A stretch of DNA of 64,000 bases from Mobula birostris. Taxonomy: Eukaryota. The notes below the pieces were generated by a model that ran no database searches, was not told where the DNA came from, and saw only the letters and a program-made list of their open reading frames with translations. Location of the stretch: contig NC_092379.1 in the NCBI RefSeq assembly GCF_030028105.1, forward strand, positions 25,723,821-25,787,820. The letters are read 5' to 3'. Positions 1 through 13,800 of this stretch are shown piece after piece (position 1 is the stretch's first letter; each line of letters opens with the position of its first letter). Made by a program: the position numbers and the translations under genes.

Positions 1-2690
1 CCCCCAGATCCCTCTGCTCCTGCACACTACCTAGTATCCTGCCATTTACTTTATACTCTGCCTTGAGGTCTTTCCTTCCAAAGTGTACCACCTCACACTT
101 CTCCCGGTTGAACTCCATCTGCCATCTCTCAGCCCACTTCTGCATCCTATGAAAGTCTCTCTGCAATCATTGACAATCCTCTATACTATCTACAACACCA
201 CCAAATTTTGTGTCGTCTGCAAACTTGCCAACCCACCCTTCTACCCCTACATCGATGTCGTTAATAAAAATCACGAGAAGTAGAGGTCCCAGAACAGATC
301 CTTGTGGGACACCACTAGTCACAATCCTCCAATCTGAATGTACTCCCTCCACCACCACCCTTTGCCTTCGGCAGGCAAGCCAATTCTGAATCTACCTGGC
401 CAAACTTCCCTGGATCCCATGCCTTCTGACTTTCTGAATAAGCCTACCGTGTGAAACCTTGTCGAATGCCTTACTAAAATCAATATAGATCACATCCACT
501 GCACTACCCTCATCTATATGCCCGATCACCTCCTCCAAGAACTGTATCAGCTTGTTAGACACGATCTGCCCTTCACAAACCCATGCTAATTGTCTCTCAT
601 CAGACCATGATTCTGTAAATGCTCAAAGATCCTACCTCTAACAATCTTTTCCAACAGCTTTCCCACCACAGATGTAAGGCTCAGGGGTCTATAAGTACCT
701 GGACTATCCCTATTACATTTTTAAAGAAGGGGACAACATTCGCCTCCATCCAATCCTCCAGTACCATTCCCGTGGACAACGAGGACATAAACATCCTAGC
801 CAGAGGCTCTTTCCTCGCCTCGTGGAGCAGCCTGGGGAATATTCCGTCAAGCCGTGGGGACTTATCCGTCCTAATGTATTTTCACAACTCCAACACCTCC
901 GCTCCCTTAATATCAACATGCTCCAGAACATCAACCTCACTCATATTGGCCTCTCCATCATCAGCTTCCCTCTTATTGGTTAATACCGAAGAGAAGTATT
1001 CGTTGAGCACCTCGCTCAGTTCCACAGCCTCCAGGCACATTTTTCCACCCTTATGTCTAATCGGACCTACCTTCACCCCTGTCATCTTTTTTTTCTTCAC
1101 ATAATTGAAGAATACCTTGGGATTTTCCTTTACCCTACTCGCCAAGGCCTTCTCATGTCCCCTTTTTGCTCTTCTCAGCCCCTTCTTAAGCTCCTTTCCT
1201 ACTTTCCTATATTCCTCAATAGGTCCATCTGAACCCTGCTACCTAAACCTCATGTATGTTGCCTTCTTCCGCCTGACTAGATTTTCCACATCACTTGTCA
1301 CCCATGGTTCCTTCACCTTACCTTTCTTTATCTTCCTTACCGGGACAAATTTATTGCTAACATCCTGCAAGAGACCTCCACACAACGACCACATGTCCAT
1401 AGTACATTTCCCTGCAAAAACATCATCCCAATGCACACACGCAAGCTCTCGCTTTATAGCCTCATAATTTGCCCTACCCCAATTAAAAATGTTCCTGTCC
1501 TCTCTGATTCTATCCTTTTCCATGGTAATGCTAACGGCCAGGGAGCGGAGGTCACTGTCCCCCAAATGCTCACCCACTGAGAGATCTGTGAACTGACCCT
1601 GTTCATTACGCAGTACTAGATCTAATATGGCATTCCCCCTAGTCGGCCTATCCACGCACTGTGACAGGAATCCGTCCTGGACACACTTAGCAAACTCTGC
1701 CCCATCTAAACCCTTGGAACTAATCAGGTGCCAATCAATATTAGGGAAGTTAAAGTCGCCCATGATAACAACCCTGTTATTTCTGCGTCTTTCCAAAATC
1801 TGCCTCCCAATCTGCTCCTCTGTAGCTCTGCTGCAACCAGGGGGGCTATAGAATACTCCCAATAGAGTAACTGCTCTATTCCTGTTCCTAACTTCCACCC
1901 ATACTGACTCAAAAGACGATACTGCTACATTACCCATTCTTTCTGTAGCTGTAATAGTATCCCTGACCAGTAATGCCACCCCTCCTCCCCTTTTTCCACC
2001 TTCTCTATCCCTTTTAAAGCACAGAAATCCAGGAATATTGAGCATCCATTCCTGCCCTGGTGCCAGCCAAGTCTCCGTAATAACCACTACATCATAATTC
2101 CATGCATGTATCCAAGCTCTCAGTTCATCACCTTTGTTCCTGATGCTTCTTGCATTGAGGTACATACATTTCAGCCCTTCTACCTTACTGTCTTTACACG
2201 GTTTATTCTGCTTCGTTTTCCTCAAAGCATCTCTACATGTTAGATCTAGCTTTAATCCATGCATTTCTTTCACTGCTGTATCGCCCTGGGTCCCATTCCC
2301 CTTGCAAATTAGTTTAAACCCTCCCGAACCATGCCAGCGAACCAACCTGCAAGGATATTGCTCCCTCTCGAGTTCAGGTGCAACCCATCCAATCTGTCCA
2401 GGTCCTACCTTCCCCAGAAGAGATCCCAGTTGTCTGAAAATCTAAAACCCTGCTCCCTGCACCGACTCCTCAGCCACACATTCAACATGCCATCTCCTCC
2501 AATTCTTACCATCACTGTCATGTAGCACTGGCAGCAGTCCTGAGAACGCCACCCTTGAGGTCCTGGTCTTCAGCCTTCTGTCTAGTTCCGGAAACTCACA
2601 CTTCAGAACCTCACCCTCTTTCTGCCTATGTCGTTTGTCCTGTCATGTATCACGACTTCTCTTTGCTTTTCCTCTCGTATCAGGATGTCG
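1..2690 (-). mobile_element. CR1-clade LINE, decayed (ORF1 esterase end, APE endonuclease, RT); runs off the window start
   Basis: Minus-strand ORFs: 167-358 [19 protein letters not shown] (RT) and 1239-2345 MYLNARSIRNK/ITETWL/MGDFNFP (endonuclease). 2400-2685 reads DIL..EVVIH..TNDIGRK..RTSRV.FSGLLPV (CR1 ORF1 SGNH esterase). Confidence 0.92.
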
Positions 2691-2691
2691 T

Positions 2692-2876
2692 ACCACAGAC
2701 AGCCGTTTCTGCGGCCGCAACCGAGACTCCTGGAGGGTATGTTGCCTTCCTGGTGCAAGTGTCAAGGAGGTCTTTGAGCGGCTGCAGGACAGTCTGGAAC
2801 GGTGTGGGTAGGGGGGGGGGGTGAAAAGCCAGTGGTCGTGATGCACCTCGATACCAACCATATAGGTAAAAAAAAA
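2692..2876 (+). mobile_element. CR1 LINE host element, segment 1 (ORF1 esterase), interrupted by L1
   Basis: Reads RFCGRNRDSWRVCCLPGA..ERLQD..PVVVMHLDTNHIGKKK and continues in frame at 8703 (RGEVRKGEFRELGDKLKSRTSKVIIS) once the L1 is removed. Confidence 0.85.
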
Positions 2877-3025
2877 GACTTCCGGGGTCGAGTATGGAGT
2901 GAGTTGGTGCGTGTGAGTGTGGCTCCCGATTTTTATTGAAAATCTACCTGTTTATCTTTGCCGTATGCTCGAGATAACTGGATATTTACCATTGTGAACA
3001 ACGCGGGACATAGCTGGACATTGAA

Positions 3026-3917
3026 ATGGCAAGTAGAATGTACCTTCGAAGTAAAACTGGGGAAAAAGATAGCGAAGCCTTGAGCAAGAAGGCGGATGTT
3101 GCAACCTGCTGGAGCTGGACCCGGACCTGCGCTACCCGACGACTTGAAGAGGCTTCGTTTAGTACTTATTACGGACATGACGCAAGCGGTGCATTCTGCC
3201 TGAAAAGAGAACTTGAAGATGCTTTATCACCAGTGACTGCTACCATGGAACAAATTATGTCTGCTTACGAGACACACGACGAACGCATTCGTGGGGTTGA
3301 AGACGGCCTGAATGATTACAGTGACCGACTGGTGAGCGCCGAAGCCGCCGTTGCAGCGTTGCAGAGCGAAAACGCGGTTCTGAAGGGAAAGCTAGATGAC
3401 CTTGAAAATCGGTCGCGGAGATCCAATTTGAAAGTGGTCGGCATTCCTGAAAATTTGGAAGGTTCGGACCCTGTTAAATTTATGACCGAGTTTTTTGACG
3501 AAGTGCTGTGGACAGATTTTTTTCCCAAGTCCTCTCGTACTTTGGCGTGCTCACCGAGTCGGACGTAAATCATCCGGTGTCTCTGGAGCCAAGCAAACAA
3601 GACCAAGAATGTTCCTGGTTTGCTTTCACTCCTTTCAAGATAAGCAACGCATCGTCAACAGACGGAAGCAGGAGCTGTATTTCCGCGGACACCGCGTGTT
3701 TTTTTATGAAGATTTTAGTGCAGAGCTGGGTAAAAAACGAGCAGCTTTCAAGGAGATGAAATCCCTGCTTTACGGGAAAGGGGTCAGGTTTGGCCTCTTG
3801 TATCCTGCCCAGCTCCGGGTTATGCATGAAGGTAAAAAGCATTATTTCGATACACCAGAGGCGGCCAAAGAGTTTTACCATTCACGCTGGGGAGAAGAAG
3901 AACGAGAAGAGCAATGA
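3026..3917 (+). pseudogene. L1 ORF1p (coiled coil plus RRM/CTD), one frameshift near 3520-3530
   Basis: ORFs 3026-3568 (LDDLENRSRRSNLKVVGIPE) and 3495-3917 (RAHR...FYEDFSAELGKKRAAF..GLLYPAQLRV) join across a T7/C3 homopolymer. Confidence 0.9.
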
Positions 3918-4529
3918 CTTTTTTTTTAAGGTTATTAATGCAGCATGGAAGGAGTCTCATGCCGAAGCAAACTGTTAATTTTCACAATCCACTTCTTTGT
4001 TCATTTTTTCCAGTTTAATTTGTGGAACGCGATCGGGTCGAACTGCTATGCAGCCGAGACTGATTAACAAAAACTTTCAACCAGCAAAATGTAAATATTT
4101 GGGATTTATATCTCGGGTGTTTAAGTTGCCCAGTGTTTTGTTTTTATTTTTTTTTTATGCTTAGCTTGACCTGTGTCATCTTTAGGCTATATGTTATATT
4201 AAAGGTAGTATAAGCGATAGGATAAATGTTAAGGAGGGGAGCCACACTAGATTAGATTGAAAATTAGGTTGTATGGGGAACACTTTGGAAGTTTTTTGTT
4301 GGGTACTGCCTGCGATCATCCTCAATTGAGGAGCTAGATCTAGGTTTCGGGGGTTAATTGTTTTTTTTTTGTTTGTGTAAAGGGGTGGGGGAGTGTTTTG
4401 GGGGATTACCATGGCAGTTTATTCTTTTGTGTGTTACGGATTGATCAGACTTTCTTTTCATTGTGCGTTATTTTGTGCAATTTATACCCTTGCACTGTTT
4501 TGGATTGTAGGCCCTGTGTGCCTTTTGAT

Positions 4530-7500
4530 ATGTTTAACGTGAGTGCTACTGATGGAGGCCACCTTGTGAGGTTTATTTCTTGGAATGTAAAGGGGCTCAA
4601 TGGTCCGGTTAAAAGAGCTAAAATTTTCTCTCATCTGAAACAATTAAAAGCAGATATACTATTTCTACAGGAGACACATTTAAGAGTGGAGGACCATAAT
4701 AGACTTCGTAAAACGTGGATTAGTCAGGTTTTTCATTCAAGATTTAATAGTAGGTCCAGGGGTGTGGCAATATTAATCACCAAAAGAACGCAGTTCACAC
4801 CATCTGATGTAATCAGTGACCCTAATGGTCGCTTTATTATAGTCTCTGGCTCTCTCTTTCAGATACCTGTTATTTTGGTAAAAGTTTATGCTCCTAATTG
4901 GGACGATGTCCAATTTGCAAATAAGGCTTTGTCATTAATACCTAACCTGAATACACATAAGCTAATCTTTTCTGGAGATTTGAACTGTGCTATTGACCCA
5001 CTGCTTGATAGGTCTTGCCCCAGGGGAACATTTTCTGGTATGGCAAAGGCCTTCTCGATGTTTATGAAACAAAATGGTTATATGGATCCTTGGAGATTTT
5101 TGAATCTATCAGTCAGGCAATTCTCTTTCTTCTCTCATGTTCACCACTCCTATTCCAGGCTAGACTATTTCTTTATAGATAATTCATTGATGCCTATGAT
5201 TAGACAAATTGAATACACTGCTATAGTTATGTCTGATCACTTGCCCGTGAAACTGGACCTATGTTTTCCTTTAAACGTTAGAGAACGGCCTCTGTGGAGA
5301 CTTAACCCCCTTCTGCTTTCTAATGAGAAATTTTGTAGTTATATATCGGCTAACATTGACACATTCTTCGAGACTAACAAAACTGAGTCGGTATCGTACT
5401 CTTTACTTTGGGAAACTTTAAAAGCTTACTTGAGGGGTCAAATAATATCTTATACTTCACATACCAATAAAGAGCGTAGGAAGGAAATGCAAGTGTTATT
5501 GAAATCTATTTGGAACCTGGATAGAAAATACTCTGAGGTACCCACTGCGGAATTATATAAAAGCCCGGTTGATTTGCAAGCGAAGTTTAATCTTCTATCT
5601 ACAAACCTATCAGAACAATTAATTCTTAAGACACGTGGCCTCTATTATGAATATGGTGACAAGGCGAGCCGGCTTATGGCTCATCAGTTGAAATGTCAAG
5701 CTGCATCACGACTTATTCCCCAGGTAAGAGACATGCACCAGAATTTGACAAGCAATCCAAAAGAGATTAATAACATCTTTGCAACATTTTTATTCCTCTC
5801 TTTATGCCTCAGAGTTCCCCTCAGATAAAACAAATATGGAACGTTTTTTTTAGATAATTTGGAAATATCAAATCTTGAACCAGAGGAAGTGGAGAACCTA
5901 GATCGAGCTCTTGGGCAGGAAAATATTAATAATGCCATTATGGCTATGCAGAGTGGTAAGTCCCCAGGTCCTGATGGATATCCAATAGGATTTTATAAGA
6001 AATTTAAGGATAAGCTCACACCGGTCCTTCGAGAAGTGTTTCAGGAATCTTTGGAGAATTTCTCCTTAACCTCTTCTCTTTCACAGGCAGCTATTTCACT
6101 AATTCTTAAAAAGGACAAGGACCCGACTCAATGTGGATCATATCGCCCCATCTCACTTTTGAATGTAGATGTGAAAATTTTGGCTAAAGTGCTTGCATGT
6201 CGTTTAGAACATCCCATTCCCAAGATAATTTCAGATGATCAAACAGGTTTTATTAAAAACCGCTATTCTTTTTTTTTTAATATCCGTCGACTGGCAGATG
6301 TGGTTTATTCACCGAGTGATTCTCCAAGTCCAGAGGTTGTTATCACCTTGGACGCGGAGAAGGCACTTGATAGAGTGGAATGGGTATACTTATTTAGTGT
6401 TTTGGAGAAATTTGGATTTGGCAGAATATTTATAGCTTGGGTTAAGCTATTATACCACTCGCCTTTAGCGTGTATACAGACAAATTATTTTCGATCTGAC
6501 TATTTCCTATTAACACGTGGCACTCGCCAAGGCTGCCCACTGTCTCCTCTGCTTTTTGCAATTGCAATTGAGCCTCTTTCTATTGCAATTAAGTCAACTA
6601 CATTATTTCAAGGTGTTAGAAGACGGGACTTGGAATACCGTGTTTCCCTATATGCTGATGACCTCTTACTTTATGTTAGCGACCCTATAGGTAGTAGTCC
6701 TACTATTGTGTCATTATTAGGTCAATTTGGAGCCTTCTCTGGCTATAAACTGAACTTTCAAAAAAGCAAATGCTTTCCCATTAATAACTTGGCCCTACAG
6801 ATCCGACTGGAATCCTTGCCCTTTCCTTTATCTCAAGATGGTTTTGCATACCTAGGAAAACATATTACTCGCTCTTTTACATCTCTGTTTAAAGCTAACG
6901 ACAGGCCTCAGGTTAGCCAAATGAAGGTTGATTTCGAGAGATGGCACAGTTTACACCTTACTATAGCTGGGAGAATTCAGTCAGTGAAAATCATTATACT
7001 TCCTAGATTTCTGTATTGTTTCAGTGTTTGCCAGTTTTCTTATCTAAGTTATTTTTTAATCAGTTGATCAAGCTATAACCTCCTTTATTTGGGAAAATAA
7101 GGTCCCAAGGGTTAATAAGCGTATTCTTCAAAGAGGTCGTGGCATAGGTGGAATGGGTCTTCCCAGCTTTATTCATTATTACTGGGCATGGAACATTCAA
7201 AAGGTATTATTTTGGCTTCACCGGCCAGATATAATCTGGTGCCTGCTTGAGTCACGGTCTTGCCACTCCTCGTCTCTCCCAGCTTTGGTGTGTTCTTCCT
7301 TACCATTGAAATCCTCTCAATTCACATCTAACCCGGTCGTGCTCTCCACCCTCAAAATTTTTAATCGATTTCGCTGCCACTATAAGTTCATATCAGCTTC
7401 AGTTTTGGGCCCCATTCATAAAAGAACTTTTATTTCCTCCCTCCACATTCGATTCAGCTTTTAGACAATGGGGTTTGAACGGTCTTATGCGCATTAAGAA

Positions 7501-8348
7501 TTTGTATACTGATAACATATTTGATTGTTTTGATAACCTGCGCGGTAAGTATGGCCTTCCGCATAATCATTTTTTTTTTTAAATACCTGCCGATTTGCCA
7601 CTTTGTCAAGGAAAAAATTCCCTCTTTTCCTGTTCTACCACCTGCTATGTTATGGAGGAAAAAAAATATCACTCTTAGCTTTAACAATAAGGGGCTGATT
7701 TCTGAACTATACTCTCAGCTGATGTCTTTGGGAGTTCAAGATCTAAACAAAACTAAGTGTAGGTGGGAGGACGACCTCGATATGGACCTTGCGGAAGAAT
7801 ATTGGGCAAAAGTATTGAATATGGTTCATTTCTCATCATCATGTGCTAGACTGGGGCTCAGACAATTCAAAGTTTTACACAGGGTACATTTAAGTAAAGC
7901 CAGACTTGCAGACATATACCCTGGGACAGACGCTGGCTGTGACAGGTGTTCCGTCTCTCCGGCTGGTTTAATACATGCATTTTGGTCATGCCCTCGGCTT
8001 GATGACTATTGGGCACTGGTTTTTAAAATTATCAGTGAGGTTTTGGGAGTGACACTGAGACCTTGCCCGCTTATAGCTGTATTTGGTGTGGCAGATGATG
8101 ATTTGGGTTTAAATGCAAGCCAGTCGGATATCATTGCATTCACATCGCTATTGGCCCGTAGGAGAATTTTGCTAGTTTGGAAATCTGCCACTCCCCCAAC
8201 TGCTGCCGCTTGGTTAGAAGATGTAATGTTTTTTCTGAAATTAGAAAAGATTAAATTCACTTTGAGGGGATCTGTGAAAAAGTTCTATTCGAAATGGGGA
8301 CCTTTCTTATCATATTTTGGGAGTCTTAAGGAATTACCTACTAGTTGA
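4530..8348 (+). pseudogene. L1 ORF2p (endonuclease, reverse transcriptase, C-terminal CCHC), several frameshifts
   Basis: Motifs ISWNVKGLN, FLQETH, SDHLP, GKSPGPDG, YRPISLLNVD, GTRQGCPLSPLLF, YADDLLL and CDRC...HAFWSC across ORFs 4398-5828, 5859-7067, 7153-7464 and 7521-8348. Confidence 0.93.
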
Positions 8349-8702
8349 GGGCATTTGATTGTACTTAGGAAGTTGCCTCCCATTTAACACACTTATAATT
8401 TACCTCACAGGGTGGTTGATGAATTGTAAATATGAGTGTATTTTGGATCATCTGACATGTTGCAGATGTGTATGAGCTGTCGTATTGAAGTAGTGTGGGG
8501 GTACGGTTGTGAGATATCCGTACTTGTATTGTGAATTGTTGTGTTGTAGATATATTAGATGCCATGATATGTTCGGGGAGGGCGGGTGGGGGGGTGGTTT
8601 GTTTTGGGGGTACGGTACTAAAGCAAAATGGAGGAAAATGTAATCCATTATATATTCTGTATTGTGTCATTACTTCAATAAAAAAAAAAAAAAAAAAAAA
8701 AA

Positions 8703-9968
8703 CGGGGTGAGGTCCGAAAAGGTGAATTTAGGGAGTTAGGAGATAAACTAAAAAGTAGGACCTCAAAGGTAATAATCTCTAGGTTACTACCAGTGCCACG
8801 TGCTGGTCAGAGTAGAAGTAGGGGGTATTTCAGATGAATACGCGGCTTCAAAAATGGTGCAAGGCAGAGGAATTCAAATTTCTAGCGCATTGGAACCAGT
8901 TCTGGGGGAAGTGAGGCCGGTACAAACAGGACGGTCTGGATCTGATCTGGACTGGAACCAATGTCCGAGGGGGAGTGTTTGCTGCTTTCGATCAGGAGGA
9001 TTTAAACTAATGTGGCAGGGGGATGGGAACAAGTGCATAGAGACAGAGGTGTGTAAAATGAGGGTAGAAGCAAAAAGTAGTACCGTGAAAAGTAAAAGTG
9101 GCAGGCAGACAGATCCTGGGTAAAAATCAAAAAGGGCCTATTTTCAACATAATTGAATCAGGGCTAAGAGTGTTGTAAAAAGAAGCCTGAAGGGTTTGTG
9201 TGTCAATGCAAGGAGAATTCGTAACAAGGTGGATAAATTGAATGTGCATAATTTTATTAATGAATATGATATAGGTGGGATCACAGAGACATGGCTCCAG
9301 GGTGACCGAGTATGGGAGCTCAACATCCAGGGATATTCAATATTCAGGAGGAATAGACAGGAAAGAAAGAGGTCGGGTAGCGTTTCTGATTAGAGGGGAG
9401 ATTAACACAATAGAAAGGAAGGACATTAGCCTGGAGGATGTGGAATCGATATGGGTAGAGCTGGATAACACTAAGGGGCAGAAAACGCTGGTGGGAGTTG
9501 TGTACAGGCCACCTAAGAGTAGTAGTGAGGTTTCGGATGACATTAAACAGGACACTAAAAATTCGTGCAATGAAGGAACAACAGTTATAATGGGTTCCTT
9601 CAACCTATATATAGATTGGATCAACAAAATTGGTAAGGATGCTGAACTGGAGCATTTCTTCAAGTGCATGCACAAATGTTTTCTGAACCAACCTGTCGAG
9701 GAGCAAACTAGAGAGCAGGCCGTTCTGGACTGGGTACTGAGCAATGAGGAAAGGTGAGATAGCAAAATTGTTGTGCGAGGCCCCTTGGGAAGAGAGACAG
9801 TAATATGGTGGGTTCTTCATTAAGACGGAGAGTGATATAGTTAATTCAGAAACATGGGTTCTGAATATAAAGAAAGGTAACTTTGAAGGTATGAGACATG
9901 AATTAACTAAGATAGCCTGGCAAATGATACCTAAAGGATTGACGGTGGATATGCAATGACAAGCATTT
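8703..9968 (+). mobile_element. CR1 LINE host element, segment 2 (end of ORF1, endonuclease), interrupted by Gypsy provirus
   Basis: ORFs 9196-9393 (NARRIRNK, ITETWL) and 9275-9757 (VVYRPP, MGSFN, LDWVL). The CR1 sequence resumes at 17771 after the ATTT TSD. Confidence 0.88.
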
Positions 9969-10838
9969 TGTTATGTAACCGGCAAAAACTGAATATCAAC
10001 CGGGTCAGGTTCTATAAAAACAACCAAACATTTATTAAACACGGATAAGCAATAAAAAAAAAAAACGAACCCCTTAACCGGAAGGTAACCGCTATGCGGC
10101 CATTCAAACAACAACCACTCGGTACTGGTTCTTAAAGTGATGAGTGCGAAAACAATTCTTAATGCGGTACTAACAAATACAGTTCTTAAAATGCTAAATT
10201 CGAAAGTCCAAGAGATTTATGCAGCCAATTAGGAGAGGCTTCCCTGGAGAAAGATTTCTTCATAGATGCAACTTTCCTGCTGGTCCTGTACAAAGGATTC
10301 ACAACGACGTAAATAAACAGTTTATAAGCTACTGACTTTTCTTCTGGCCAGCAAATCCTGCATGAACTACCTACCTCTTTTGACAGGGGTTATCCATGAT
10401 GCAGGTCGCTACTTCTTCAATGGAGACTCAGTAAGGTCGATCCTTTGTTAAACTGCCGAACGATACCAACTTCCCGTAATCCTTCAGGTCCTGTACTTCG
10501 ATAAAGTCTTCACTCTCTAATACTACTGAAAAGGTACATCAACAAATCTTGCAGAAATGGGTAAATTGCCAGTCCAGCACTATTGTACCTTACAATAGAA
10601 CACAAACCTCCGTTTTATAAATGAAATTGCGTCGTAAAAAATAAACACGCAACAGAGCGTAGCCTCAGGCTAACTTCTAGCGGGATAACTAACTGCGTCA
10701 CTAGGGGTCTTCCCTTTTATATCCCTGGTGAACATGTCATCACGTGACTTCACATCGGCGGAAAAATTGCATCAGTTGACCTCCAAAAGACCAACATTCT
10801 CATAAGAAAGTCAGAAGATCTCCTTGAGATATGTAACA
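9969..10838 (-). repeat. 3' LTR of the Gmr1-like element (870 bp)
   Basis: Aligns with 16898-17766 at roughly 85-90% identity by eye and abuts the polypurine tract. Confidence 0.9.
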
Positions 10839-10847
10839 CCTCCCTCC
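10839..10847 (-). other. Polypurine tract (GGAGGGAGG) of the Gmr1-like element
   Basis: Purine run directly upstream of the 3' LTR on the minus strand. Confidence 0.8.
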
Positions 10848-13800
10848 AAAAAAGAAACTGATCTCTTATGCAACACAATTTTAACAATCAACAATTTACA
10901 CACAAAAAACTGAAACGTATAACATTTAAAACATAGAGGTTATGCACAGTATTCTCTTTCAGCACTTTACAATCAAATATACAGTAGCAGTGTTACAAAT
11001 GTTAAAATGCCAATCCAAAAGAAAATTACGTTGTACATTTAACATCTAGATGGATAATCAGCGACAGGTTGTCTTTACCTTTAATATGACTGATCAAAAT
11101 ATTATACTCCTATAACATTAAACTCCAATTTAATAATCTTCTATTTTTGTTTTCCATCAAAAACACTAACGGATAATGATCGGTATAAATTGTGAGTGGT
11201 TTATGGGTAGTACAAACATACACTTCAAAATGTTGTAAAGCCAAAGCAAGGGAGAATAATTCATTTTCTATTGTTGAATAACTTTTTTGATGGGCATTAA
11301 ATTTATTAGAAAAATAAGCCACCGGAGATCAACTTCATCACCATCATCTCTTTGATGTAACACTGCTCCTGCAGCTTCATCACTAGCATCTACAGCTAAC
11401 AAAAATGTTTTTTCAGAGTCAGGAAATTTGGGTACAGGTTGACTACATATTATAGTTTACAATTTATGAAATGCCTCCTGACAAGGCTCTGTCCAAACAA
11501 ACTTTTCACTTTACTTCTGGAGATTAGTTAATGGAAGAGAAATATTCGCAACATTCATACAAAATTTTCTGTAGTATCCTACCATACCCAAGAATCTTCT
11601 AAGAGTTTTCTTACCAGCTGGAGTGGGTACTTGTAAAATTTCCTCAACTTTTGGTTGAACAGGAGCTAATATTCCTTGACCCACAACATAATCAAGGTAA
11701 GTCACTGCAGCATGACCAAATTCGCTTTTAGTTAAGTTATTTGTTAAGCTAGCTTTTGAAAGTCTCCCAAATAGTTTCACCACCTTAGTAATATGAGCTT
11801 TCCACGTATTATTTCCTGCAACTAAATCATCAATATAGGTGTCTGTATCTTTGAATGCATTAATCACACTATTAATCATCCTCTGGATAGTACTTGGTGC
11901 ATCCTTCTTCCCAAATGGAAGAACATTATATTCATATAATTCAGATGGGGTTACACATACAGAAATCTCTCTACCCCTATCTGGCAATGGAACACACAAT
12001 AACCTTTTAACAAATCAATATTTGTAAGGAATTTGGCTTGTCCAACTTTATCCACACAATCATCTACGTTAGAGATTGGATATGCATCAGTTTTTGTCAC
12101 GGCATTCACCTTCCTTTAAGCTGTACAAAACCTAATGCTATTGTCGGGCTTAGGCACCATAACACGCGGTGAACCCCAATTCGAATTAGAATCTCTAATA
12201 ATATCATTCTCTAACATATACTTAATTTCTTATTCGGCAAGTTCACATTTTCCGTGTTCATTCTATACGGATGTTGTTTTAGGGGTTTTGCATCTCCAAT
12301 ATCTACATCATGCGAAGTAACGTGGTTCTTCTAGGAACGTCTGGAAATAAATCTCTATATTTTAAAAAAATAACTGTTTCATCCTTTCTCTCTGCTCTGG
12401 CTGTTAATGAGCTATTTTTTTTTTTCATCTATATTTCCTAGAATTTTTGAATTTGGTAACCAGGCTGAAATAATGTTGGGTTAAAATGAGTTTCAGATGA
12501 ATCATCCATTAAGTTTTTATAAAGATCAGACTCCTTATTGACCACAACAGTCATAGTAGCAGCTTCTCTCATAATAGGTTATATTATATTAAAAACACAC
12601 AGCTGTGTTGGCTTTCTTCGATTTGGGATTTTTATCACGTAATCCACATCATTTCCTTTAGATTTAATCTCATAAGGACCATGATATTTAGCTGTAATGG
12701 GTTCGTTTGCACCGGGAAATGAACCAACACCTTATCTCTACGCTTAAATGACCTCATTCTAGCTCCTTATCATGATAAGTCTTCATCTTCTCTTGAGCCA
12801 ATTTTTAATTGTCCTTTGTCAAGCTACAAGCCTTATATAGTCTTTTTCTTTAATTTTAAAACATAATCTAGCAATTAGTGTGTACCTCTTTATTAAACTA
12901 TTGTTCTTTCAACAAGGCCAAATGTCCTCGAACTCTATGCCCAAACACAATTTCAAATGGACTAAAACGTAATGATTCTTGTACTGTCTCCCTTACTGCA
13001 AAAAGTAGTAAATGTACAGCTTCATCCCAGTCCTTTTCACTTTCCACACAATACGTCCTAATCATAGTATGTACTGTAGAATGGAATCTCTCCAAGGCTC
13101 CTTGTGATTCTGGATGATAGGCAGATGAGGTAATCTGTTTTACTTCCAGTGTATAAATTGTCTGCTGAAACAATCCAGATATAAATTCCTACCCTGATCC
13201 GGTTATTTTTCCTTCTGCAATCCAGAATAAGTACATAATGTTTAAGGGCCTTTGTTACAGTTTTGGCTGTTATGTGCTAAGTGGTATAGCCTCTGAGAAC
13301 CTAGACGGTGTGCACATAATAGTTAACAAATATTGATGTCCACTTTTAGTTTTTTTGCAAAGGTACTACACAGTCTACAATGATTTTTTTAGAAGGGATC
13401 ACCAATGTTGGGACTTTTTGCAGTGTGGCCACTGGAGTAACTTGATTATGTTAACCCACAATTTGACACCTATGACACGTTCTGCAAAATGTCGCTACAT
13501 GTTTTCTTAAACCAGGCCGCCAGTAAAAAAAAAAAAGTTCAGTAACTTTGGTCATTGTTTTCTTTACACTTCAATTTTCACTTAAAGATATACTATAAGC
13601 CACAGTTCAAATCGCATTTCGATAAACTTTAGGAACTACTACCTGATGATTAACTTCCCATTCCTCATTAGTTGGAATTGTAGGCGAGCTCCACTTTCTC
13701 ATTAATACGCCCTTTTTCAAAATAATATCCTAATGCCACCTTATTATTACACTATCTGGAGGAGCTCGTTCCTTTAATTTAACTATCTCAGGATCTCTAC

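Larger units (their letters stand above)
2877..8702 (+). mobile_element. Near full-length L1-clade LINE (about 5.8 kb) with poly(A) tail
   Basis: 5' end GACTTCCGG, ORF1, ORF2 (EN-RT-CCHC), AATAAA fused to an A-run at 8680-8702. Inserted at the A9 run 2868-2876, so any TSD is hidden in the A-runs. Confidence 0.95.
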
